A stretch of DNA of 64,000 nucleotides from Euglena gracilis (taxonomy: Eukaryota), in assembly GCA_039621445.1 (NCBI GenBank), contig CP154954.1, positions 2,170,001-2,234,000 on the forward strand, given 5' to 3'. Below, piece by piece: positions 13,119 through 25,789 of the stretch. The notes beneath the pieces are model-generated. The model had not been told where the DNA came from, did no database searches, and saw nothing but the letters and a program-made list of their open reading frames with translations. How positions within the stretch are numbered: position 1 is the stretch's first letter; the number at the start of each line of letters is the position of its first letter. The position numbers and the translations under genes are program-made.

Positions 13119-13543
13119 TAAACCCCCCTCCCAAATATAAAGCCCCCCCCGGCTTTATATTTGGACGGGATTTCAAGACCCTCAGGGGGGGCTTTATATT
13201 TGGGGGGGGGGGCTTTATACTTGGGGGGAGATCAAACTTTTTCGGGTGGCCTTTATGACCTTCGGCGGCCTTCAATTGTGGCCAAATACCAAATATATGC
13301 CAAATTTTTGTTGTGCACCTTCTATTTTTCGCAGAAATTTGCAATTATTATCCAAAATGGAGGATCAATGTCGAAAAAAAAGGTGTATCCACCCAAAATG
13401 TTTCAACTTTTTCCTGAATGACACCATCATCTGGCTCCCTCATCATGGGGGGGCTTTATATTTGGGCGGCAAAACCAAACCCCCTGGGGGGGGGGCTTTA
13501 TATTTGGGGGGGGGGGGGGCTTTATATTTGGAGGGGAGGTTTA
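13119..13543. mobile_element. TA-flanked MITE with GGGGCTTTATATTTGG subterminal repeats
   Basis: TIR taaacccccctcccaaatataaagccccccc / gggggggctttatatttggaggggaggttta. Confidence 0.8.
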
Positions 13544-14807
13544 CAGTCAAAGCAAATGAAAATCATGCCGAAAATTTGGTGGAAAAAATGAGGATTAAAC
13601 CCCCCTCACTTATAAACCCCCCGGGGTTTATACAATCCGGTTTGGTTGGTCGGCTGAAGGGGGGGTTATAGGTGGGGGGGGTTACAGGTCCCGGAATTGT
13701 TGGTGAAAATCTGACCCCTCAAAATGACCCCGCTCCCAGCCAGACTGGGGAACCTCTGGGGGGGGGGGGGTGCAGTGGAAATGAAAAAAATCCCCAGATC
13801 GACGAAGCCAGGATAGACCAGGAAAAAAATTGGCGCAACCCAAAAATTGTCGAAAAGGAATGATCAGAAAAGGTCAAAATGATGTTTTTTTTGTGGGGTT
13901 TTCTAGACTTTTCCCTGGAAAAAAAAAGCCTGAAAAATCCCCACCCAGCTGGATTTTGGCAAGGTGCCAGTTTTTGGGATCAGCCAGGTCTAGCCCAGCA
14001 GCTGGTAGGACGATGCCTGCCCCGCCCCCAGCACCCACTGAGGGAATTCAGCTTGCATATTTTTCCAACCAGCACATTTTTCCACCTGGCTACTCCCCCT
14101 CCTCTTTCTGGGAATCCTTAAAAAAGGAAATTCCTGGTGGGAGGAAGCAACGTGGATAAAAAAAAGCAAAATCGATGTCAAAAAAGCACGATTTTTATAA
14201 TTTTGCTTTTTATTGGCCAAAAAAAGTCAAAGATTACAAAAAGGGAGGAAAGCTAGGTCCAAAATGAGGAGTTTTTCGAATTCGAAAACATTTTCCAGCA
14301 GAAAGAAAAAAATCGCTGGGAAACGCAAAAAAAGGTGAGAAAAAACAAAAAAAACTGCATATTTTTCAGAAATAAAAAATACACAAAAAAATCAAGAAAA
14401 AAACACCCCCATGTCCCACCCAGCAGTGTAATGCATCAACCTTCTATTGCAAAAAACTTGGAGGAGAAAAACTCAAAATTGGCAACTGTGCAGGTCTTCG
14501 TCTACATACGAAAGAACAGAAAACCAGCCCACACACGCACGCACGCACGCATGCCGCACACATGCACAGCACAACACACGAACTTACACACGCACACATG
14601 TGGCAAAAGATGACACCATCAGTGCAGAACCTTTGATCGGTTGGATTCTTTAATTGGTTTCTTTCCTGTAGGGGTCATCTCTAAGATAGCGTGGAAGATA
14701 CCAGGGGTGTCTTCCACTACCAGCGGTAAAAAAGAGAAAAGACACCGTGGAGAAAGAGATAAGAAATAGTTGGTGATTTCCCGTTACTTCGTCTCCCATA
14801 TCCGGAC

Positions 14808-15242
14808 CAGGCTTTTGCTTAAGGACCCCCGGGGGGGGGGGGTACTGGCTAGCCAATTGGCTAGACACTGGAAAAAATGGACTAGCTAGACCCCCTCCCC
14901 CCCCGGGGGGGGGTCCAGGGGTCCCCCCAACTGGAAAAAAAATTTCCTCCGGCGCTGCGCGCTGAGGTGGAAATGAGGATTTTAATAGGTTTTGGGCTGA
15001 TTTTGTTCGAAAAAATTCCCAAAAAATGGCCAAAAACGGGCATTTTTGGACATTTTTGGGGCCCAAAAAAGTTCCGGCGCTTCGCGCCGGTCACTGGAAA
15101 AAAAAATTCCACTAGCTAGCCCTGCTAGCAGACCCCCCCCCAGGGGGGGGGTCTGCTAGCAATCCCACTAGCCAAATTTGGACTAGCTGCAGTCCAGCCC
15201 CCCCCCCCCAGGGGGTACTGCAATCCCTTAAGCAAAAGCCTG
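14808..15242. mobile_element. hAT-like MITE family A, 17-bp TIR CAGGCTTTTGCTTAAGG, 8-bp TSD
   Basis: Perfect TSD atccggac at 14800-14807 and 15243-15250; internal CTAGCTAG motifs. Second copy at 48183-48546; fragments near 44480-44560 and 47080-47430. Confidence 0.93.
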
Positions 15243-15511
15243 ATCCGGACTGCATCCTGTGGCCTCAACCCACGTTCCAAACGCTTGGGCGGTAGAAGTC
15301 ATCCTGTGGGAAAAAGTAAATGTCAGCCAAAAAAAATATAAAACCAGTAAAAAAGATTAGCGGAGCAAAACACTTGAGAATGATTTTGAAAGTGCCAGGA
15401 GCAAGTTCATAAAATGAAGAGGGATAAAACCTATGTGGCACTAAGGTGCCAAGCTGGTATGTAACAAAGCAGGTACTCCAAGCGTTGCGGGGTCAGCCAA
15501 AGGTCAGAAGA

Positions 15512-16479
15512 AACTTGTGAAGTTAGCCATAAATGAAAGGTGGAAATACTCATAGTGAACCTATTTAAAGGTATCCCAAAATACAATTTGAAAATTCCGT
15601 GAAAACTAATCTCAGACGAAATACTCCTGGAAACAACGGACAATAAAAGATAGGTATGGACGAGGGGCTGTGTTGACACAAAACTATATCTGCCCCATCT
15701 CCAGCACTCTCCTCGAAGGGGGGACAACATTTTTATGACCTCCAATAATAGAAGTTGGGCAAGGGAACTCAAAACTTAACACAAAAACGAAAAGGGGGAA
15801 GAGGGTTATGTTGGTGCGATACCCCCAAAAAAGAGATTTCATTGAGTGAGCTTGCTTAACAATGGAATGCAAAAGCGCTGTGAAGACACGCGATATGCCC
15901 AGGGATTGATGGGAAGCCTTGGGAGGGGGGGGGTTGGCCCCCCTTCCCGACACGGAGGGCCCCCATCCCTTCTATTTCGAAAATGACATGGGCCCGGAAA
16001 ATTTTCGGTTTCGCGGACTGGCAAAGGGCAAAAAAATGTACGGAAATCGCTGATTTTCTTTGAAAATAAATCCAAAAAGGCTCATTGTTTGAACATTTTT
16101 TGTGGAAATATGGAAATCACTAAAACATCAAAAAAAAATGGGAAAATGCTCAAAAGTGAGGGAAAAGGGCGTTCATTTTCCGGTGCAAAGGGCCGGAAGA
16201 AAACTTTTCGCTATTTTTGGAACCTGCCGAAGAGGGGGGGTCCGGACACCCCCTCCCAACATCGAGGATGGGGGGGTCTGGACTCCCACCTACCACCTTA
16301 CCTTAACTTGTGAAGTTAGCCATAAATGAAAGGTGGAAATACTCATAGTGAACCTATTTAAAGGTATCCCAAAATACAATTTGAAAATTCCGTGAAAACT
16401 AATCTCAGACGAAATACTCCTGGAAACAACGGACAATAAAAGATAGGTATGGACGAGGGGCTGTGTTGACACAAAACTA
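15512..16479. repeat. 175-bp direct repeat (15512-15686 and 16305-16479) bracketing ~620 bp
   Basis: aacttgtgaagttagcc...tgttgacacaaaacta is identical in both copies; ORFs 15431..15772 and 16290..16634 share the peptide. Confidence 0.93.
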
Positions 16480-16511
16480 CCATGCTCCTTGTGTCGAACC
16501 CTGACCCCCAA

Positions 16512-16737
16512 CAGGCTTCTTTTTAAGACCCCCAGGGGGGGAGGGGGGGTCCCCCCACCCATCCAGGGTGGCGCCGGACCCCCCCCCCGGGGGGGGGGGG
16601 GGGGACCCCCCAAAAACGGGCCCGTTAAAGGCAATTTTCAGAAAATTTTGGCGCTTCGCGCCGAAAAGGTATACCCGGCGCCTCTGGCGTGGGACCCCCC
16701 ACCCGGGGGGGTCTTCTGAGTTAAAAAAAGAAGCCTG
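16512..16737. mobile_element. hAT-like MITE family B, TIR CAGGCTTCTTTTT, 8-bp TSD
   Basis: Perfect TSD acccccaa at 16504-16511 and 16738-16745. Duplicated at 56230-56455; relative at 54583-54762. Confidence 0.92.
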
Positions 16738-19700
16738 ACCCCCAACGCCGATCCACAATACCATCTGCACCACGTTCCACAAGATGCCAATGCATGGTTT
16801 CGTGTATTACTCGCATTTCTCCCGTGTGAGTGGGTCTGGGTGTGGGCGTGGGACAGGCCAGCAGTCAGCAACTGTCTGGAGCGCCACGCCGGGCTGATAT
16901 ACCGGTTGAGGGGCTGCAGCTCCCCATTCTGCAGGAAGGCCTCCCGCAGCTCCGGGGGGATCGCCTTCGGTGGGCGCGGCGGTGGGGCCACGGGACAGGG
17001 CGGGGCGGACCGGATGACACCTTCGGTGGGGGCTTCCCAGGTGGTGGGGTGGCCTGGTGGTCGGACCGCCCGGCCGAGGGACAGGGGGGGGGTTGACCCC
17101 ACCCACCTGCCACCCACAGGGTTTCAGGGGCCCCCGCACAGCCCTGCCGGGAGGGGAAGGGGGTTGAGAAAGTCGGGCAACTCCATGCATTGATTCCCAA
17201 ACAGATCCACAAGGGAGACCAGGTGGTCCAGATGCGTCCCAAAAAACCCCTTCCATGTTCCAGCACAGATGATCCAACAGACCGGGGGTGAATGGGTTTT
17301 AGCAATCCCCAAACTTCTTAAAAAATAAACGAGCCAATTCGTGACCCAAAAATGACACCACCCCGAAACAAACCAAACTCCAAATCCCAAAATATAACCC
17401 AATTCATGCTTTAGACCCAATTATCCAAAAAAAAATGGCAAAATTGCCAAATTCGCAGTTTGAGGGCTTTTTAAAAAAAATCCAGTTGCAAACCTTTTGT
17501 TTAGGTTAGGCAATGAAGGTTGGCCTCCGAAACCCCCCCCCCCGAAACGGTCGATCCAGGTCAAAACAACCCAGACGATCCAGTTCCTCGGGGGGAGGGG
17601 GTCTCGACCACCCGTTTGTTTACCCTCCAAGGATGAACGTCCACACTAGATAATCCCTGCTAGGGTCCGGGGGACTGCGCTGGTACCTGAAACCCTCGCC
17701 AAATCCCACAGAAAAAAAAAGTGCAACAAAATGTTCAAAAATCCTTCCACGGTAGGATTTTGGGCAATTGTTGCCCCGTTTCTCCGCGAGCTGCTGGCCC
17801 GATTGGCAATTTTTTCGCCTGGTTGGAAGAGCAAACAGACTCCCACCAAAAGAGCCCTGAACTTCTTGGAATTTCTGGATGTCCACTGATTCTTTCGGTG
17901 CTTGCAAAAGGCAGTTCAGTGAGTGTAGACAGCCTTTGGTGGGGTCAGTGTGAAAAGCAAAAATAAATGAAATGAACAGAAAGCCGTTCACAAAAAAATG
18001 TCAGTGAAGACAAGAATATGAAACTGTCCAGCTGCTTCACGTTTCCCCCAAGCAGCTCCGACCTCCTTCTCGAGTGATCTCAACCCCGGGCGGGGCCCCA
18101 ATTAGACAGGCCTAGCCCAGGGCTCCAAATTCAAAAAGGCAAAATGCATTTTTCGACTGTTTGGTTTTTTTTTGGGTGGGCAATGCTCGAAGGATGCAAG
18201 AAACCAATTTTTCTCCCATGTCCACCTGTATGAGCTGAGAACTTTCGGGTTTTTTTGCCCATTCTTTTGGCAGACCTTTTCAATTTATTTTAAGAGAAAG
18301 TCGAATGCCCTGGATCAGAAAAAATTCCACGTTCAGGATGACCCTGCTTCAGGGGGGGGGGAGGGCTGTTATCTGATTCTTTTTGCAGGCCCACCAGAGC
18401 GTGGCGTATGGAGAGGCTGCTATTAAAATGCTGTTTTCAAACGGTTTGAAAATTTTTTTCGCCCATGTCCCAAACATATCCAGGGCCATGGTGCAGCTGT
18501 TTCAGGTCACCACAGGTTTCTTTTTGCCCCGCCGAGAAATTATTCAGCATTTCAGCACAACAGGTATGAGCCAAAACAAATACAATCAGCACATCAAGAG
18601 TTTCCTCTCAAGTGGGCTGTTGGGTGGGCATCTCAAAATTGGAGAATAAACCCAAAATTTTCAACAATGCATCTCAGATCAAGGCTTAATTCAGGTCCTG
18701 AGGGCTGAATTTCAACCCCTGAAATGTCGTGGCAATAAGGCACACGTGGTCTAAAATGCAAAACGTTTTCAAATTGAGATCTCAAAAAAGGCTCAGAAAA
18801 GACATAAACAAAGAAGAATGAAATATTCTGAAAAAAAAGCAAACCAGAAAACCCCATGAAAAAAAGCAGAGAAAAGCAACTAGCCTTTTTGCAGGATTTT
18901 TGGCATTCCGGTTTGTTTTCATTGGCAACAAGGAAATTCAAATAACCCCGCCCCCCCCACCCAAACAAGGCCCAGGTCTTATTCTGGGTCTGTTGCTGGA
19001 CACTTCCAGGGGGGGGGTCTTATTTTTCTGGGGGTCTTTTTTTCAGATTTTTTTTGACCAATCTGGGCGCGAAAAAATTATCGGTTTTTAAGTTCCAAAA
19101 GCACCAAAAAATTTTCCTTCGGCGCTTAACGCCATGTGTAATCAGTGCAATTTGACATTTGCCATGTTTTTTTTTGACTCAAAAATCCCCAAAAAATTGA
19201 AATTACATCATTTTTGCATTTGAAATTGGGGGTTTGGTAATTTTCAGAGAAAACCTTACCGTCTCCGGCGTTTCGTGCTGTCAGGGGAGATGCTATTTTG
19301 GAGTCGTATTTTTGGATTTTTGCTCAACCAGCCCAGGAGGGTCTTGGGGGTCTTATTATTTTGGGGGTCCTGTTAGCGAGTCAATTGGATTTCCAGGACT
19401 AGGGGAGCCCAGGTAGAGGGGGGGGGGGGCTGGGATCCCCCCTGTTCACTGATGTTGACTTTCCGGAGAGGGGGGGGAGGGGGGGGTCCGGCGCCGAAGG
19501 CGCCGATTTTTTTTGAAAAATTGCCTTAATCGGTGTGCGCCCGTCGTTCCGGTTTTTGGTTTTTTCCCCGAAGTGAACAAGTACGGCCAGGTACACGGGG
19601 GGGGGGGGGGTCTCAGGACTCCCTGTTCACTTCCGAAGTGAACTGAACAAGGGGAGGCGGGGGGGTTCCGGGGTCCCGAAGTGGACTACCTGGCCTCCAA

Positions 19701-21089
19701 GGGGTTCAACCCCCTCCCAAAGGGGGAGACACAACCCCATCAGCTTTCTGCGAACGGGTCTGCCACGGGTGGACGGCATCTTGCAGAATGGCTGCACAAT
19801 GGAACCTCTTGTGCAGCAGCGGGAAGAACTCCCCCGGTTCCTTGCTCACTATGCTGCCGACCCACGATGGCCCTGAACAGCCCGTCGAGTGTTTCACGGA
19901 GAGTACTGGTGCCCATCGATGGGCATGACCACCAGTCATCGTTGGCTGTTTTTAACCTGCCTGAGTTCAACCTTCTTTCCTCCTTTTTGAAAGTCCACTT
20001 TGGAGTGATTTTGTCCACATCGCCTGCAGTCCTGAAAAATAATTAACCACCCCCCCCACTTTATTTGAGCACACCCACGGGCCAAAGGACCCCCCAAATG
20101 CTCAAATAAGGAGGGGGGTCAAATAAGGGGGGGGGGTCAAAAATTTCTTTAGAAATTGGGCAAAAAAATTTCGGTGCCTTCGGCGCATGAAAAAAAATTT
20201 TCCCCGGACCCAAATGCTCAATTAAGGGGGGGGGCCGAATAAAGGGGGGGGGGTATGCCCCCACACCAAAATGATGACGTCTCCAAAAAGCTTGACTTTG
20301 CATTTTTTTTGATATTTTTTCTGATTGTGTTGTTTGCTATTTGTTTCATTCACTCCTCATATTGCTCTTTTCTTGCAAAATGCTCAGCACCATTGAAAAC
20401 CAGGTGGGTGAGGTAGCAGACGTTGAGGTTCGGCACTCCCCCAACGCAACGGAAATATGGAGCTGGGGCATAAAAAAATTTGAACGGGCATTGGCATTGG
20501 AGAGCATTAAGGAAGGAATGCGCAACAAATGCGCGAAAGGCGCCAGGACATCAACACTCCGAGAAAATCCGACAATTAACAATGCTAGAAAAGCATGGAG
20601 GAGGAACATATCCTGCAAAAAAATTAAAAAAAAACACGGCGACTCTCTCGGGGGGGGGGCGTGGGTGTCTGGTGGATGAATTTTTTTGGTCCCAAATGAG
20701 GGTTTTTGCAACATTTCTGGCCCAACGGGCCAAACATTAAAAAAAACTGCCACATTTGCAAAACTCCAAAACTTCCTTCAAAAATCAAATTTTCAATTTT
20801 GGATGAATTTGGGGAAAATCACCAATTCTGAAAAAAATTGTGAACATGCTCTTTTGTCATTTTACCATTTGTCATTATCTTATTTTTGCGGTTCTTTGTG
20901 TTTTTTTTTGCCCTTTGGTGACTTTTAAAAAATAGCAATAATCAAAATTCAGGCGTTTTCGGCGGCATAAGAGTGACCTTCAGCAAAAATATTTTACACC
21001 ATAACTTTGGCGGTTGGCCTGACATGGCGTGGCGATGGGGTAAAATGGCATGGTGAGGGGTTGGTGGGGGGGGGGGTTGTGTGCCGACC

Positions 21090-22957
21090 CAGGGTTGCAT
21101 ATAGGTATAGGTATAGGTATAGGTATAGGTATAGGTATAGCTATATAGGTATAGGTTTGGGAAAAGACCTACTGGAGGGATGAAAATACCGCGCAGCATT
21201 AATTACCGATTGGATTAATTCCGCTCCTGGGCGAGTTTCTGTAACTGGCGATCTGGGCATTTTTCTGGCACGGCGGCCGGAATTAGGATCAGGCAAAAAT
21301 TAATCTGGATCGTGGAGTACGTTTTTTCTGTCTCACAGACGCCTGACGATCAGGCGCTTTATTAAAGAGCGGTATTAATCCTTTCGGTATTACTACCGAG
21401 CGGTATTTTAATCCCCCCGGTATACCTATATGTCGACAACCTATACCTATACCTATACCCATATGTCACGTATATGTCTCCAAAAAATCCCTACCCCATC
21501 TCAAAACCTTCGCACACATAAATGTGATCGGATCGGATCATCGACTGATTCTTGTGTCAGAAGTGCCAAAACAGCGAGACAAAATCGGCAGAAAGATGGT
21601 GAAAATAAAAATGGCAAATTCAGCCAATTCTTGGGCAACAGGTGGTTTGCTTTGCCAATACAAAATTGGGTGGTAAAAATAACATCGTCACAAAAGGGGT
21701 TCATTCTGAGAGTGTGATCTTGGGGTGCAAGTCCGTTCTCCATTGAAATTCCGGCGTAAAAGAGAGTTTGGACTTTTTTTTGCAAACAGGATTTGCACCC
21801 CAAATACAAATTCAGCTGGCTTCGAAAACTCAGATTCACAACACGTTTGGCCTCGGTCAAACGATCAGAAGGCCACAAGGAAACATCTCGATTGTATGCA
21901 TCTGCACTCTTTGGTTTTTTCAAACTACCACCCCACCAACGCCCTGAAAACCCCCTAGGGGGTGTCATTTATGGGGGGGTGTCACTTGGGGGTGTTGGGG
22001 TCGCGGGGGGGGGTCGCGGGGGGGAAATGGGTTTTGCGGCAGGTCACGTGTGACTTGTGTGACATCATCGTATCCTCTAAGTTAAGATCCCAATTAGGAA
22101 TTTGCGTGCCATTTGGGCCCCGCGACCCCCCCGCGACCCCCCCCGCGACCCCCCCGCGACCCCACCCTGAGCCCGATTCGGCTTTCCAAAAAGGACAAAA
22201 AATTGCATTAATTAGGAATTTGCCACTCAATTAGGAATCAAAAACATGAAAAATTGGCCCCAAATTCCTAATTGGACCTATTTTTGGAGGAACACCCCCC
22301 TATGTGGGGTCCCCAAAAAAGCAAGGCAAACCCCTTGGGCAGGTCATCGTCTGAAAAAAATTCCAACCTGGGAAGGAGTAGTGTCACTTATGGGGGGGGG
22401 GGTGTTTTCCGGGTGGTCACTTTTCTTTTTGCAAATGCATACTCCAAACCGGCGATGCAACAGGAAAGGGATTGCATGGTCAAAGAGGTGCTGAACATCT
22501 CCCTCCTTTTTGTTACGCGGCCTTTCTTTTGGGTCTGACACGGGCATTTTTTGAGATATAAGTGGGCGTATGGGTGAATTTGCCGTGGGAAAATGGGCTG
22601 AAAAAAATTATATTGACTTTTCCAACATTTTTTACCATGAAAATTGCCGTCCCAACCCGAAAAATTGGCCAAAAAAAGCGACTTTTTATTCACATTTTTC
22701 GGCTTGGAGGAAGACAAAGTTTCTTCGGAATGGAAGACATGAAGCTTCAAAGAAGGTTGGGTGATAAAGCATCAAATAAAAACACGGGCAAACAATTCCT
22801 TGCAAGGTCGTTCATATTTCCCCCCAAAAAATGTTTTTGGTCACGACATATAGGGGATATAGGAGATAGACATATAGGAGATATAGGAGGTGGAAAAACC
22901 TGTACCTATACCTATACCTATATCTCCTATATCCCTATATTCCTATGTGCAACCCTG
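21090..22957. mobile_element. 1.87-kb non-autonomous TIR element, CAGGGTTGCA..., 7-bp TSD, TATAGG/CCTATA subterminal arrays, nested MITE(s)
   Basis: TIR cagggttgcatatagg / cctatgtgcaaccctg; gccgacc on both flanks. (TATAGG)n at 21100-21155 and (CCTATA)n at ~21440 and ~22905. TA-flanked MITE nested at 21172-21420. Copy at 60810-62677. Confidence 0.85.
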
Positions 22958-23249
22958 GCCGACCCTCCAGAAATAAAACAGAACAGGCATCTCCAAAATA
23001 AATAAAATTTTTGTCACCATTATGAAACATTTGTGATTTTCAGTTCTTGTGGTGAACGCCAAAAGCTCTTTGAAAATCAAACGGGGAGCATTCTCCAATT
23101 CATTCGAACCTGCTGTCATTTTGGGCTCTTTTCCCAAAAAGGGAACTTATGTTTTATGTCCGTCGGTTTGTGAAGGATCACCATAAATATTTGGTAGTGG
23201 ATAATGGTTTTTTGACATGCAATATTTTTTGATTTTGCGATATTTGCGA

Positions 23250-23426
23250 TACCCCCCCCTTTATTGTCCCACCGACCTGCCCCCGGGAGGCCCGACCGGA
23301 CAATAAAGGGGGGGGGACAATAAAGGGGTACCAAAGGAATTTCATTGGCCGGGCCAAAAAAACCCCCCGTCGGCCGGGGCCCAGGGACAATAAAGGGGGG
23401 GGGACAATAAAGGGGGGGGGGTGGTA
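23250..23426. mobile_element. TA-flanked MITE family D (GGACAATAAAGGGG repeats)
   Basis: tacccccccctttattgtcc ... ggacaataaagggggggggg(t)ggta. Near-identical copies at 26751-26926 and 62970-63145; diverged copy at 36958-37117. Confidence 0.9.
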
Positions 23427-23603
23427 TTGTGCGACATCCAATCTCTAACCTTGCCCACTGGGAGGTTTTCAGGATGCCGCTGCTGCTTCGCGGATCCCGG
23501 TTGGACTCCTCGCCAGATTTACTATTGGAGGCTAGGCGTGCCGCTCGGGGGGGGGGGGGGGGAGGTCCGCCCCCTGCAGCCGCTCGCCCCCCCCCCCTCG
23601 CCC

Positions 23604-24391
23604 CCCCCGTCAGTGCCCCATTTTGGGCCGCCAACTCATTGACTTTGGGTCAAAACCGGGTCAAAAAAGTCGAAAAAATCGCAAATTTTTTTTGCCCGAA
23701 ACGCTGTTTTTTGGCCTCCCGAACCCAGAAAACCCGTTTTTGAGCCAAAAATGAGCGATTTTTGACCCCTTGGCCTCCCGTTTCGGGCACAAAACCCTTG
23801 CATTTCAGTCCAAAGAGCTCCACGGAGTGGCCGGGCCGGGCCAGGCCAGGCCGCCGGGCTGCTGGGCCGGGCCGCCGGGCCGCTGGCCGGGCCAGGCCGG
23901 GCCGCCAGCCGGGCCGGGCCGGGCCGGGGCGCCGGTCCGCCGGGCCGCCGGCCGGGCCGGGCCGCTGGGGCCGCCGAGCCGGGCCAGGCCGGGTCGCCGA
24001 GCCGGGGTGGTCTCCCAAAGAGCTCAGCTCTACGTCGCACGCTGGTTGAAGGGCCCGGTAGCCAAACGGGTAAGGAGGGTGTTTGGCCGGGGACCCCAGA
24101 GGGCCACTTGGGGGTGGTGTCGTTCAGGGGAAGGGGTAATACCGTTGTGGGAGGCACAGCTTCACCCAGACCGTGCCCCGGGCCCAGGGAAACGTCTCTT
24201 TTGGCCCTTGCCACAAGGGTCCTGGCCATTTAGGTCATTTAGGGAGCAACAGAGGCTAGGGTTTTCCGGGTCCGGGAGACCAAAAAACATCGTTTCGGGC
24301 AAAAAAAATTTTCGGTTTTTTTCGACTTTTTCGGCCCGGTTTTGACCAAAAGTCAATGGGTTGGCAGCCCAAAACGGGGCGCTGGCGGGGC
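23604..24391. mobile_element. Foldback-like structure: ~135-bp imperfect inverted arms around a (GGCCG)n-rich core
   Basis: 23604-23740 (gccccattttgggccgccaactcattgactttgggtcaaaaccggg...gaaaaccc) is the imperfect reverse complement of 24258-24391. Core 23829-24005 is almost pure GGCCG/GGGCC. Confidence 0.75.
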
Positions 24392-25239
24392 GAAAAAATT
24401 CATTTTTGGCTCGAAAACACTTTTTTCGGGTCCGGGAGGTCAAAAACATGGTTTTGGGCCAAAATTTTTGAGCTCCGCGGAGGTGGAGCGAGTTTTTTCA
24501 ACCCTTTCATTTGTGTACGGAAACCTACGAGGGCGCCTGAGCGTGCAAAAAGCAGGCAAATTGGCGTTTATCTTCCGCTCCCTAAGGTGCACGCCTCCAA
24601 TGCTCTGGGTGAAAGCGATTCTGACTCAGACTGATCCGCTCTTTTCATGCCTTGGTCCTTGCGCAGGGGGGGGGAAGGAAATTAAAAACAAAAAAAAAAC
24701 AATTTTTTTGAAAAGAACGGCGGGGGGCGGCAAAGGTAAAAAAAGCCGGGGGTTTTCAAAAAAACGGGGTTTTTTCGGAAAAAACGTGTTTTAAAACGAT
24801 CGGTTAGAAAACGAGCGCCATCCCTGGCCGGCGGCGGAGTTAAAAAAAAAGTGGCAAATTTTCCGCACCGGGTTCCGAGGTAAAGGTTTTCATGTCCTTG
24901 AATAGGGTTTCAAAAGTCGTCTGCTCTGTCCGCGACGTGTGCCTTTACATTTGCGTCTCACACTGCCCTTAACGCCCAGTACGTATGTGATTTTGTTTTT
25001 CTTTTTGTGACTCGGGGCGACGCCCGGGTGGGGGGGCCAGGCGGGGGGGGGGGGGGACGGCCTGGGGGGGAAAGTAAGGGTAGGCACTAAAGGGGAGGAG
25101 GCCCCAGCCACTCCCAGCCGTGGCTAGCCGTGGCTGGTGGCTGGGAGAAAAGAGGAGGAGGAGGTCAGGCTGGTGGCTAGAGAAAAAAGGAGGAGGAGGA
25201 GGTCTGGTCGGTATCTGGCTGGCCGTGGGGACCCCAGCT

Positions 25240-25700
25240 CCGTAGCATGGCCCAGTTCCCACGCGGGTCGAGCTTGCGCACCATGTTTTGCGCGCCGATT
25301 GCAATCGATTCAGCCGCGTTGGGGAGGCTGACGCCGGCCTGCAGCGGGGCGAGTTTGGCGACTGCGAAGGAGTGCTTTCCCCACGAGGCGGCGAAGGGTC
25401 TCCCCGGCTGCGATGGGGTGGACACCGTCATCCTTTTTCCGGAGAGGTGTGAGGTTGGCAGAGCACCACCAGGCAGATGCTCTTGGGGCAGTGCACCGGT
25501 GATCCAGGCTTGGGTGAGCTTGGGGGGGCTTGCAGGGCGGAAACAAGACCGCCACTGCAAACGCCGAGACGTGCTGGAAGCCAGTGCTCATCTCCGACCC
25601 GGGAGAGGTGCCGCCATCATCAAACTGGAAAACGTGACGGACAGCCAAAAAGGCCACCCATGCCTGCCGGACCGACAAGGCCCCGCCTCCGGAATGGGCA
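25240..25700 (-). mobile_element. CRE/SLACS-like non-LTR retrotransposon RT fragment (frameshifted)
   Basis: Peptides WWCSANLTPLRKKDDGVHPIAAGETLRRLVGKALL and VAKLAPLQAGVSLPNAAESIAIGAQNMVRKLDPRGNWAML (early RT motifs: K..G.RPIA.GE.LRRL, Q.GV). Confidence 0.85.
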
Positions 25701-25789
25701 TCTGTGATGGACGTGGGAGGTAGGCGTGTCGCGGTTCGGAGTTCCGTCATCAGTGTTACGTATTGGCCGTGTCTGAATAGTTGGATCCG

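Larger units (their letters stand above)
16479..24283 (+). repeat. Segmental duplication, copy 1 (at least 7.8 kb)
   Basis: Near-identical to 56197-64000 (offset ~39718), with the ORF track repeated. Differences are mostly homopolymer lengths and a few substitutions. Confidence 0.97.

Noticed and set aside
19690-20615. Functional spliced gene in the duplicated block
   Set aside because: There are exon-like pieces after pyrimidine-AG acceptors on the minus strand, but frames contain stops or shifts in both copies and no domain is recognisable.
21100-21155. Interstitial telomere
   Set aside because: The unit is TATAGG, not TTAGGG, and it lies just inside a TIR with a TSD.
23636-24345. Pro/Arg/Gly-rich ORFs
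   Set aside because: Stop-free because of the GGCCG repeat; open on both strands.
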